Assembly (NCBI GenBank): GCA_012295275.1
Contig: CM022673.1
Span: 19,034,001-19,098,000, forward strand
Source of the DNA: Chrysomallon squamiferum
Taxonomy: Eukaryota; Animalia; Mollusca
Reading direction: 5' to 3'
Length of the DNA: 64,000 nucleotides
The position numbers and the translations under genes were made by a program. Below the pieces are notes generated by a model. The model searched no databases. It was given only the letters and a program-made list of their open reading frames with translations, and was not told where the DNA came from. Positions 28,299 to 40,276 of this stretch are shown one piece after another (within the stretch, counting starts at the first letter, position 1; every line of letters starts with the position of its first letter).

Positions 28299-29162
28299 CA
28301 GTATTCCCTCGCTATTCGCGGGGGTTACGTTCTTTACCCCCCCGCGAATAGCGAAAAACCGCGAATATTGGATGCAGTTTTAAAACGTCTATTATGAGAT
28401 TATATACGGTACTAAATGCTTCCCAAACACTTTCTAAAGACACTCTTACTCATTAATACAGTAATAATGTAGTAATATTGCATGCAGTTATGTATTTCAC
28501 TAATGTAGTAATGATAATGTAAACACAATTTTGTACTGAAACAATATTTTAATCAGAAAGAAACGTAAGTGCAGGAGGACAGTAACACCGCATAGCATAG
28601 TTACCCATACAGTATTACTGTACCGTAAAGTCATTTTCTATGCGTACAACAGAATTGACAGAAAGTGGAACAAATTTAAAGGCAAACAGACAGATAAATA
28701 CAGTACGCACAGTTCAGGTAATAATAATACAATTCAGTAATAATATGCAATTAAAAACATTATTAATACACGGTCACCAAAAATATGCACTGTACATACA
28801 GTGTATGCATTTATAAAAAAATACGTACTGTATTGCAATAATAATTGAAAAAATTTGATATTGTTTGTGCTGTCACCAATAATGAATGATAATAAAATGA
28901 TGATGAAATTTGCAGTGCCATACGATGATGATGATAACACTAATGTACAGTATGGCACAGCTTAGCTGCTGCTTTACAGCACTTCAGGTAATTATTCCTA
29001 CTCTTCAGGCACTTAAGTCTCTATGACCTACAAAAACCCGGTTTACCGAGCATTTGTTTTTATGACGTTATGACGCTCGCCTGGTATACCAGCACACGAT
29101 GCGAATGGGTTAAGAGCCTAACCCGCGAATATGCGGGGCCGCGAATAGGTGAGGGTATACTG
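28299..29162. mobile_element. Non-autonomous pogo/Tigger-like (Tc1-mariner superfamily) MITE, about 860 bp
   Basis: Left TIR CAGTATTCCCTCGCTATTCGCGG; right TIR reverse complement CAGTATACCCTCACCTATTCGCGG. TA flanks both ends (28297-98, 29163-64), with subterminal CCGCGAATA repeats. Confidence 0.88.
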
Positions 29163-29656
29163 TATCACTGTAATTTGTCATATAAGAAAATGATGTTCAC
29201 AACATAATTTCTTCAGTTAAGCCAAATTTTTATTATTATTATTATTAGTTCAGTGAATACAGTTAATAAGACACATAGAAGACAGATGATGTCAAAAGCA
29301 TGTTTTTATAAAGCTGGTGATGAGTAAACTAAAAATTCAAACATACATTCAAATTCTTAATACAGTCATTAATAATTCATACATTAAATTTACTATTTAA
29401 TTGACATATATGGAAAGTACATGCAATTCAGTACTTGATATTAGAACTCATGATTATATGTGATTCTGCAACAATGAAATCATCACAGCTCACATGAGAT
29501 GATTTCTGACAAACACTAAAAATATGTATTCATAGTTGTTTTGTTTTCTGTACATAAAAACAGAGTAAAATACCAAGCTCATATGACTACCCCAATAATA
29601 CAGCTGGTATTACAGTGACATGGTGTGTTTACACCCTAGTGATCTAATATCTAGAT

Positions 29657-30911
29657 GGGTCATTCCATGTCAAATCACCCCCCCCCCAAAAAAAAACCCC
29701 AAAAACCCGACTGTCTCAGATTTTTTTATGAAACTTGGTATACTTGTTGACTGGGATCCCACAACACCAAATCTGAAATTTTAGGCCAATCGGACCAGTG
29801 GTGTGGGGGATATGACCCACCGAATTTTGAGATTTTTGGAAAAAATGAGCGTGACCACCAACCTTTGAACCCTCATATCTCAGGAACTACTGGGCCAATC
29901 TTCATAAAATTGGTATTGTTGAAACGGCAATATGACAAGAATTTCAAATTTGGGGGTCACTGACTTTTTGACCTTTGTTAGGACCTTGAAATTGACACTG
30001 TCGATTATGTGACCTTGAGATGACCTTTATTGAAATTTAATCTCCCACATGTAAACTAAAACATAGAAAAGTTTCCTGGGTGTAATATTTTTTGTTTAGC
30101 CACAGTATAGATTTAAAAAATGCATATCCATGAAAATAACACCTTTCCTGCCATTAACATCTGATTAACTAAAACCTGAATGATCAATTCTGGATACTAG
30201 GAATCACCATCTCTCTTGATCACCGAGTAAGACACTGTAGGCCTACATGTATGCATAAAGTTCACATACATTTGAGAGAACTATGTGTTTCTGATGCTTA
30301 ACCTTCTCACTATCTTTGTTTCAAATGCTCACTGTATCCTTCATTCCTAGACACATTCTACTGTTCTCATCACTTTCATAAAATTGGACTATTTCCTCCT
30401 TCAATTCATTTGACAGAACTTTCCCTTGTTTCTTATCACAGAGGGATAGAATCCCTTTCTTTTTCTTCACAGCTCGGCTTTTTTCACAAGGTAATTTGTT
30501 GTTTCAAATTCATTCATTGTCCTTTCAATGGAGATTAAATTTCAATAAAGGTCATCTCAAGGTCACATGATTCACAGTGTCAATTTCAAGGTCATAACAA
30601 AGGTCAAACGGTCAGTGACCCCCAATAATGACAGATTTGGAATCCTTGTCATATTGTCTTTTCAACAATACCAATTTTATGAAGATTGGCCCAGTAGTTT
30701 CTGAGATTATGAGGGTTCAAAGGTTGGTGGTCACGCTCATTTTTGCCAAAAATCTCAAAATTCTTTGGGCCATATCTCCCACACCACTGGTCCGATAGGC
30801 CTAAATTTCAGATTTGGTGCTATAGGATCCCAGTCAACAAGCATACCAAGTTTCATAAAAATCTGAGACGGTCAGGTTTAACCTATTGTGTGATTTGACA
30901 CGGAATGACCC
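29657..30911 (-). mobile_element. Internally deleted DNA transposon with about 385-bp TIRs and a 4-bp TSD, Sola2-like
   Basis: Termini GGGTCATTCC...GGAATGACCC with AGAT duplicated (29653-56, 30912-15). TIRs at 29657-30045 and 30530-30911. The minus-strand core (about 30243-30532) encodes a broken transposase fragment: EFETTNYLVKKA/RAVKKKKGILSLCDKKQGKVLSNELKEEIVQFYESDENSRMCLGMKDTVSI*. GRG termini plus a 4-bp TSD fit Sola2. Confidence 0.85.
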
Positions 30912-30944
30912 AGATCAGCTATGAAGTATGTGATAATACATTTA

Positions 30945-31325
30945 TACACGATCTTTTGTAAATTGCCCCTGAGCAAGGATCAGGTACCTCAGTGATACAG
31001 TATATACTATACTGTATTAAATATATTAATACATAATCTCTGTACTACAACACACTGAATAAGATAACTCAGTATAGTATCTACTAAAATTCTAAATATT
31101 TTAATAAATGATTTTGTATATTATCCATGTACAACATACTGAATAAAATACCTCAGTGATACTGTATCTTCTGAAATATTAAATATATTAAAACATGATC
31201 TTTGTATATTATCTCTGATCAACACATTGAATAAGGTATCTCAGTGATACTCTATCTACTATAACTATTAAATATATTATCTGTACAACAAGCAGATAAG
31301 ATACATCAATGATATACTATTTACC
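30945..31325. repeat. Diverged minisatellite, units of about 65-90 bp, 4-5 copies
   Basis: The core ctcagtgatac...attaaatatatt...caaca..ctgaataa recurs at about 30988, 31068, 31152, 31240 and 31306. Confidence 0.8.
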
Positions 31326-32689
31326 CACTGATATGTTCTGTTTTCCTTTTATGATATATATTCATACTTGATCTTTTTCAGATCTCAGTCATGTGTACCA
31401 TGATAATGTTTTAGGAACATCAGTATCACCCTCCTCCAGCACGAGAAAAGATAAATATTGCTTCAAGTAGTTTAAAATATACAATATACAAACATAAGTT
31501 AAATTCATGCAGACATGAAACAATGTTTAAACAGCAAATAATGATTGTAACAAATAAGATGCATCTAGCTACTCCATGTAACATATTCTTGAGATTTTAT
31601 AGATGCATACTCCCTGGAAATGAACTAATGAATGAAGATAAATCAGCTCAATCACATAAAGGTTTGTAAATTTAGAATCTTAATGTGTTGTAAAGATCAA
31701 AACCAGTTGCAAAATAAAGATAGGTCTTTCTAATTATAAATTCAGCATGTAAAAAAAAAGGTTAGAAGTAAAAAATCAGAAAGTGTAGAAAAGAATTACA
31801 ATAAATTATCTACAATGAAAGTTGGTTTAAATGTATAATTATGATATGTATTATTATAATTTTAGATGATGTAATTTCTGTTTGCATTGTGTAATTTTGT
31901 AAACAAGTATTATGTCTTCTTCTGAATACTAGATATAGAAACAAATGCAAATCATAATTTAATAGTGTTTGTCATTTAAATGCTCATCTCATGACTGTAT
32001 AAATAATATTATCTCCTGTATGCGTCTTCCAAAACATCTACTGGACAAGAAATGAGATTATAATGGATTTGATATGGAAAAGTAGTTGGTACTTGCACTT
32101 GAAAACAGCCACATCTCAATGCCCAACCCCATTTCTATTACAATAGATAAATACACCAGTAAAAAATAAATAATAATAAATCAATTAAATTGATTGCTGA
32201 ACTATGCTTGATGTGATAATAATCATTAAAATTTATTTTATATTAATATATTAGCTTTTTCATTATATTTTATATCCAACTATAATTCATAAGTTTTAAA
32301 ATTTAGCATTTTTGATAATTTTATTACTCTTATTAATTAATTTCAAAACAAACACAATACAAACAATACATTCATATATCATAATCGTTCAAACTTCCCA
32401 AATGTTTCGTCATTCGGGTGACTGAATATGAAGTTGCTGTGGCATAATAAAACTCATGGAGGGCATTGTTAGAGTCTTCTATATCATTATGTAATTTATC
32501 AATTTCACTTCTGTCTGCTTTAGTGGTAATGCTTCATTCATTCTCGGAAGCTATCACCAGCAATTGCTCGGTTGTGTTAATCACTTAGCTAAGTGATGCG
32601 ATCAGCAGGTTCTCGATTTGCCAAAAAATCACAAATGTAATTTTCGAGATAATATAAAATTTAAAAATATGTTTTCATCGCTGCTGACG

Positions 32690-33162
32690 CCACAGATGTC
32701 ACATGATTTAAAGGAAGAGATTGGGGTAAAGTGTTTCAGTCATAGAAAGATTGGACTGGATGCGATTACAGAAGAAAGCCTACTGGAACTGATTTGTTGT
32801 CAGCAAAGGAGAAGAATACGATATTTCGACAGAAGATTTAGGAGATTTATAACAACATGTGAATGCAGAGTGAAAGGAGAAGATGAATCGTATTGTGTTT
32901 TGAAAAAACTAAACATCAAGCAATTTCTTATGAATGGTAATTCTTTGAGTGAAATGGACCATGACGTGGAGTGAAGTGTCATTACGGGGAGTTTGAAGGA
33001 AGCAGTCAAATCTTATAATTAAATATTTTAAGAAAACACGAAAACTCACAGCCTAGTCCGTCTGTGATGGGTGACTGTGAAACAATGCGCCATTGTTGTC
33101 ACGGTCAAAACATCGTTGGCTTCAGCTAAATTCACTTGGCGAATAAACAAAAAACTTTACTG
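32690..33162 (+). mobile_element. Degraded pogo/Tigger transposase C-terminal relic with a possible right TIR
   Basis: Broken frames give IGLDAITEESLLELI, ISTEDLGDL and EMDHDVE*SVITGSLKEAVKSY, resembling Tigger C-termini (DPxxERS...CY). The region ends in ggcgaataaacaaaaaactttactg|TA, a CAGT-type TIR. Confidence 0.5.
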
Positions 33163-34045
33163 TACATTTTCTGTGATAAAATCGGGTAACATTTTATTAT
33201 TTGTTATTTAATACTATTATTAGCAACCATTTATGATAGCACACTTTTATAGAAATAAGTGTAGGCCCTATAGCATAAACGCACAACAACAAAAAGTATA
33301 ATAAATTCATTTTGCGCTGATTTTGTTTGCGCTCCTAATTCTGGGAACAAACATCGATGGTGAAACCAGGATAGTTTTAACTGGAAAATATTTTTAAAAG
33401 ATAGAATATACTCAAGTAATGTTTATAAAACACACACACACAGTAATTTAAATAATAATAATAATAATAAACAAATGTACTTGTTATCAGACTTGGATTT
33501 TATTTATTTATTTATTTATTTTTAATTAAAATATAAAAATATTGGAACAAAAGTTAAATCTGTGTCAATCTGCAGTGTCTACATGACTGTAAATATGGCA
33601 AAGAGCAAGAGAGAAGGTGACAAATTTTGAATCATATACTATGCAATAACCACATCTTGTATTCTAACAATTTTTTTTTTTTTTTAAATTTTTTTAACCT
33701 CATAAATGGTATTTGAATTTAAAGCAGTTAATATAACGAAAGTGCATTACCTGTCAAAAGACAAAAACCCAAGGTGATATAATGACTGAAGCTATCTGAC
33801 AATGAAAGTACATGTATCAGCTGACAGGAAATACATAGATCCATTACTATACATCCAGCACAAAATTGGTCAGGTTCTTTAATAATCTGATTTGACGGAT
33901 ATGTGACTTTAGCTCTTGCAATAAGCATATCTACCGTTTTGATGCGGTTAACTGATGTGAAGTCAGCTAGGTTTTCTAATAGGAGAGATGAGATGCATCA
34001 AAAGTAGTTAATATTTTATCAGAAGAAAAGTGGAAAAAAAAAAAA

Positions 34046-34212
34046 ATAATAAAAAAATTATGCAACAACAAAACAACAACAAACTACAAAAAATATATAT
34101 ATGTATACAGCCCCCCGCAAATAATAATAATAAAAATTATGCAACAACAAAACAACAACAAACTACAAATATAAAAAAATATACAGCCCCCCCCCGTAAA
34201 TAATAATAAAAA
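34046..34212. repeat. Two-copy tandem duplication of about 80 bp
   Basis: aaattatgcaacaacaaaacaacaacaaactacaaa...atacagcccccc occurs twice. Confidence 0.9.
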
Positions 34213-34608
34213 CATCTGACAGTTTATTGTCAAATATTAAATATTGTTTGTTTGTTTATTTTTGTTTATTTTATCTTATTTTATTTTTTTATTTATTTTT
34301 TTATTTTATTATTATTATTATTACGTAAAATTACGCAAAAATTAAAAGATGAACGATTGATAATACAGGTAGTATTAAAATGACTTGAAAATTCTTTTGT
34401 AAACAATTACACGTTTGATTTCTATTTTACTTTTTATTTAGATTATATCATGTACATGATCAAATAGCTTTTTACAAAACCTTTTTTTTAATTATATTAT
34501 ATATAAACAATTATTTTCACACACAGAGAAAGTGTCTTATTAGGCCTAATTATTATGTTTACGTATTAAGCGAACATTTAAATCTGCCATTTCTCTTTGA
34601 TACGCGTG

Positions 34609-35332
34609 TTAGCCAGCCACTAACACTGGCTTTAAGTAAGGTACAACAGTAATTTTGTGATGATGAGTTGTCTTGTGACTACAGCAACATTCACTAACGC
34701 AGCTACAGCAGCAACAACTATTATGTATATGATGCTCTCCATGGTGTCCATGACTGCGACTGCTGTGATGTTCATTATGATGGTGTTCGTAGTGGCTACT
34801 AACTACAGCGACAGAAGTTACAGCTACTGAAATTTACCAAAATTTAATGCATATACACGTTTTTCTTATAATAAAATAGTTATAACAAAATAACAAGACC
34901 CAGTCAATGCACAGAATTAAATTTCGCCAGTGATTCATTTTTTGATACAAAAGTTAATTTTCAAAGTCTAGATGTCTTATAATAGTCTGTCAGCTTTAAC
35001 CTTTTTGTGTTGCTGATGTAGCTAATTTCCTCTCGTCGTCAGTTTGTCTGTTACTTGTGTGTGTGTGTGTGTGTGTGTGTGCGTTGCGAACGCTGGCATG
35101 CTGCGGATTATTCAATAGTCTAACATTAAAAAAAAATTAAAAAATTAAAAATGAAACTCTGTAAAAGCCTGAAATTTAATATCTATTTAGTAATGTTTAG
35201 AAAAAATTATCAACAACAGTAATAATAATAATTATTATTAATAAAACTGCTGTATAACTAAGGAATGTCAAATACCAGTTAATTTCATAAAAACTTACCT
35301 ATGAAAAAAGCAATAAACAAGTACCATTTCAT
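34609..35332 (-). CDS. Novel 83-aa secreted His/Cys-rich peptide precursor (two exons)
   Basis: Exon 1 35332-35299 ATG...ATAG|gtaagt; exon 2 34826-34609 after aaatttcag|, phase 1 matched. Protein: MKWYLFIAFFIVAVTSVAVVSS-HYEHHHNEHHSSRSHGHHGEHHIHNSCCCCSCVSECCCSHKTTHHHKITVVPYLKPVLVAG*. The hydrophobic signal peptide is assembled across the intron. TATA box and initiator lie upstream, AATAAA about 170 nt downstream. Confidence 0.85.
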
Positions 35333-35360
35333 TTATAAGCGATTAGAAACTTGTTTTTCT

Positions 35361-35400
35361 GACTGATTTTAAACAACACTAGCTTTTGTATGATTTTATA
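35361..35400 (-). promoter_or_regulatory. TATA box + initiator core promoter of the His/Cys-rich peptide gene
   Basis: Minus-strand TATAAAA at 35400-35394 and TCAGTC initiator at 35366-35361, about 30 nt upstream of the ATG. The TATA-Inr spacing is slightly long. Confidence 0.55.
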
Positions 35401-36025
35401 GCAAATTAATGAGGAAATAAACACCGTAATTTTTTTATCAAAACACAAACTTATTTATTGACATCACAAAAATCATTCGACTCTTATGACTAGATGTTAT
35501 TAAGATTTCGTCCTGATGTGGTTAAAGAAATGTAAGTAGTGGAAATTCAAAATAAAAGGAAAGAGGGAAATACAGAAATCTTCGTTTCCCGAACCTTTAA
35601 ACAACATTAACAGACACTTATAACTTATCAATCAATAAAAGAAGTTTGTAAATCAGCATGAGACAGTAATCCGCTTGATAGTATAAAAGGATCCTGCTGA
35701 ATATATACGTTTTTATACTACTGTTTTTTTCATAATATTATTTTACTGATTTTAGACATTCTAATTAAATATACTCGATGGCATATGCATATATAGCTCT
35801 ATTTGTCTCTCTCTCTAAAATAATAATTATGCTTCAAATATTCGTATTTCATTAATAAAAAATATAACCCTTAAAAACGTAAATATCAGTCATATTTACC
35901 AACAAAAAACAAAACATGTTTTACATATTTTTTCTTCTTTTTTTTTTCACCTGAATTAAAGATGTCGGATAACTGAGGTAATATTTATTTCTTGCGTTTT
36001 TCGCATCTGTTTTTTTTTTTTTTTT

Positions 36026-38612
36026 TTATAGTAGTATACAAGGATTCTGTGATTTTTTGCTTGCAGACATCATAGCAATACGAGTAGCAGTTTCAAATAC
36101 ATCGCGCACACCGTCCTGTGTTTTTGCTGAGCATGCCAAAAAAGCACTAAAATGCAGACTGGTTGCCATCTTGCTTCCATCAGATCCAGTTAACGGGGCT
36201 TTGCCTTGTTTTGAGAGGTTGGCAATCACGCGTTTGTCATTGATCAAGTCACTTTTGTTTCCAACTAAGATGATAGGTACTTTTGGCAGATAGTGAACAA
36301 TTTCCGGTTTCCATTTCTCAGCTACATTCTGCAGACTGTCTGGAGAATCAAAGGCGAAACAGAGCAGAATCACATGGCTGTTTTTATAGGACAGAGGACG
36401 GAGCCTGTCATAATCTTCTTGTCCTGCAGTGTCCCATAGTTCAAGTTCAACCTGCAAGTTAATACAACGGAGAGAGGCTATTTTAAAACAAAAGATAACT
36501 GTTTTTATTATTATTATTATTATTATTATTTATTTTTTTTTCGTTTATTATGAAGATGATAATGAGGATTATTATTGTTTTTTCTTACTTCTAAATTTGC
36601 CAGGAGTCCGAACTCTATTTAGCAAGACCATATTTACTAATAATAACATTTTTAAATATTCACCAAAACAATCCTTTCCAAGCAATCAACAGTATATCTG
36701 TATATCCTAAATAATACCCACTATTTAGAAATATGAAATAATTCACCAACATATATGATTAAAACACACACACACTCTGCGAAAACTGGCCTTTGACTAA
36801 TCCCGATTTTTTCTGTAAACCGGTATCAGAGCCTTTTTGTTCCACTTACGAATATTTGTTTCACCCATTCTGGAATTAATTTCATGCGTAGTTCTGTATT
36901 CTGTTTGTGAAAATACTATATACAGTGTGTGTCAATTGAAACTGACTAAATACCACTGCAAACAGAGATTCACAAAAGCACATTTATAATTGTAGATAGG
37001 TGGATAAATAATTGAGGGATATATTTGTCTTGAAAATTGGGATATTCTTCTCTTTTTTTTTTAAATTAAAGTGAAAAACATTCATCCCTAAATCCATTTA
37101 TCTTTGTTAATTATTTGAAAGCATGTTGCATTGTGACCAATCCTTCAATTAAAGTGCTACAATAACACAATTTCTGTTGTTTTTTTTTGTCAAAATGTCA
37201 GGACCCGAGTCATTTGTTTGAACCTGAAGTGTCAAAATAAGTCCATAGACGAGACCCTTTATTTTGATATACATCAGTGATTATGATGATGAGGATTAAC
37301 AAGGTTCTAACCTATGAGACTGAAGAAAAATATCTTGAGTATTACTTTTTTTTTAAATCAGAAAAAAACACGTTACAAGGCAGCCGAGTTTTATTCAGTA
37401 AAAAATAGATTCCTACATTATTGTTACTCTGTTGAGAACGTGGTCAAATAGTCCCGTAAAGCCAACATTCTACAATCTGTTCATGATGATGAGTTACTAG
37501 GAGGATATTTTTCCTGGGAGAAAATATGGCAGAAGTTAAGGAACCATTTTTTTCTAGAACGGCATGAGTAATGATTGTAAGAACTATTGCACACATTAAC
37601 GATGCAACAAATTAGCCAAGACAACACCCATTGGGTTAACACCTGCACCTTTAGATTAGTATTAGTGTGTTGAGACCTAAGTTACTTAACCCATTTAGAT
37701 TTAATATCAAAAGCAGAAGTCTGCATAAATACGTATGGCGCACATCTTCCTGTTTTATTCAGTTCGACGTAATGCCAGAGCGACCTAAAAACCGGCAGCG
37801 TATCGAACTTTCTAAAGCCAAGCTATTGTCATGTATACAACGATGTTCTGTTTATAATAAAATAGGTTCTTTAATAAAATACTGTATATAGAACATGCCA
37901 TAAGTGATAAAATAATTTAACAAAACATTTTATCCTTAAGTTTGTTTACGTATACTTGAAGCCTACTTTCTTGAGTATTGGACCTCTACTTACATTGGTT
38001 TGTTAACTGTAATCTTTACTCTACATGTAATTATGTCAGTTAATTTAATTTGTTTACAAGTTTAAAATAACTGTGTTTAATGTCAAACTGTAACAACAAT
38101 AGTGAAACAATTCATTTGACGGAAATATCTGAAGTCCGTTGACCGATCGCAGAATGTGTTCCGAGATCGTTGGACAAAATGAAGGCAAAATGTATCGATA
38201 CTTTCAATGTCCAAGTGAGGTATTTAAAAAAAGAAAAGAAAAAAGAGGGCGACTTAGTCTTAGCCGTGGATAACAGTTAGTACAAACGATCTATTATTTT
38301 GCCCATTTTGCCCCTCGCTTGAATTCTGGCAATGCAGTTTAAAATTAAAGATAGGCAATATTTGATATTTTAGTGAGTGTTACCGACAATTGTACGAAAC
38401 TAATATCTCGACAGAGAATAACCACCGACAAATTCAAAAACCTATATGGACTGACGATATACACATTGACCCATCGACCGAACTGTCTTACAATAATAAA
38501 ACAAATTAAATCTTTTGCTGCTGCTTCCGAAAGCAGATGTTTGTCACCGATGTTAAACATGGAGGCCATGACAGAAGAGTTTGCTTTGGAGAGAAATATA
38601 AAAAAAAAGAAA

Positions 38613-38644
<32 letters not shown>

Positions 38645-38864
38645 TAATAATAAAAAAATAAAAATAATAATAATAAATAAAAGTAAAGATGAAAAAAGAA
38701 GAAGAAAATGAAATCGTCTATCACAGTTTGTTTCTCAGATGAGACGTTTAACAATAATATTTGCAATAAACCGTATTCCAATTTCATATCATTTTGATCT
38801 TTATAAACCGGCACTCTGTCTAAAGTGAATTCGGTTTTGACAGAGTCCACTGTATATATACATA

Positions 38865-38899
<35 letters not shown>

Positions 38900-39091
38900 C
38901 TGTACATGTGTTGTGTGTGTGAATGAGAATCATACCTTTTTGCCATCAACTTCAATAGTAGTAATACTGTTTTCGAATATTGTGGGTACGTACACCTCGG
39001 GAAAATCCTGATTACAAAACACAGTCAATAAACATGTTTTACCAGACCCGCCATCTCCAACAATCACAAGTTTAAACCTCTCGGTGGCCAT
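36026..39091 (-). CDS. RhoA-like small GTPase, divergent paralogue (193 aa, CAAX = CILL)
   Basis: Exons 39091-38936 ([52 protein letters not shown]) and 36451-36026 ([22 protein letters not shown]...GNKSD...CSAK...CILL*). All G boxes and the Rho insert are present. Confidence 0.93.
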
Positions 39092-39536
39092 TAGTAGTGT
39101 TCACTATATCAAAGTGACATTTGATACTTGATTCAGATTACTGGACTTATCTGCATAACCAGTACATCCGATGTAATATCGGCTACTGTATATATATATA
39201 TCCGTAATCTGAAACACTTAATATAACATGTTTAATAAAATTAATCAGTAAAAAATTCAAGCGACTGGAAATTAAGTTCATTTTGCTACATTTAATTTTA
39301 CAGACACATACATATAAACAATTTTATGATTTCAAGTCAGATAGCTTTTTTTTACCCTCAAGTATATTTTATAATACTTAAAATATTTTAATGCACCTTT
39401 TACTATTCTCCTCGCAGAACAATATATACTACTTATAATCCAAAATATTTATTTTTCTGTTAAACTACTGATGTTTGGTTGTTTCTTTCCTGTTTTAAAA
39501 TACAACTGATTTATTTATTTGTTAATTAATTAATTA

Positions 39537-39537
<1 letters not shown>

Positions 39538-39583
<46 letters not shown>
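39538..39583. repeat. (TTA)n microsatellite
   Basis: Direct reading; further AAT/TTA tracts at about 40040-40130 and 40238-40275. Confidence 0.9.
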
Positions 39584-39588
<5 letters not shown>

Positions 39589-40038
39589 TTTTTATGAATA
39601 ATTAATTCAATTTTATAAATGGTGTTTACATAAAGTAACCATGTCTATATATATAAATAGATAGATAGATAGATAGAAAAATAGAGATATAGATATAGAT
39701 AGACAAGAATAATATCTGATAAATGCATATATATATATCAAACGTAAAACTGACAATTTTGCCTCACACGAAAGAAAGGAGAGAAATAAGTCGCGGTTCA
39801 TCTCAATTGTCAATTTCCGGAATGGAAAGCTTTATAAGAAGTCGAGTATATGTCCTGTCACCAAGTTACAATTCATAAGTTGCACTTTAAAAAGCTTGTT
39901 CACACACACACACACACCGCGCGCGCACACACAAACACGAAATTCTAGACAGTGAATAGCAGTTAAAGTGTTGGTTTAAACTCGAAATCAGTTGAATGCT
40001 CCGTTTCGTTTCTTATCAAAACTTTTTCGTTCTTCTTT

Positions 40039-40081
<43 letters not shown>

Positions 40082-40232
40082 TAAATAAAAAATAAAAATA
40101 ATAAATAATAATAATAATAATAATAATAAATTAATTAATACAAAAACAATAAAAAAAAAGTAAAAAATAAATAAATAAACAAATTAAACAAATATGGTCT
40201 TTATGTTTTATAAATATTTGTTTAGCAGTTAC

Positions 40233-40276
<44 letters not shown>

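Noticed and set aside
30945-31325. Regularly spaced repeats as a CRISPR array (also 60060-60323)
   Set aside because: Eukaryotic context, whole units are homologous with no unique spacers, and there are no cas genes.
32618-32974. 118-aa ORF as an intact gene
   Set aside because: Protein-like segments switch frames and the next frame has stops; better explained as a decayed transposase.
35400-36020. Metal-response elements (TGCRCNC) upstream of the His/Cys peptide gene
   Set aside because: None found by eye, so no claim of MTF-1 regulation is made.
36920-37020. TA|CAGTGTGTGTC start of a mariner-like element in the Rho intron
   Set aside because: No matching right TIR found by eye.
38373-38955. 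ORFs with poly-K, poly-F or HT runs (also 19201-19443, 27994-28245, 51846-52094)
   Set aside because: Translations of microsatellites and homopolymers.
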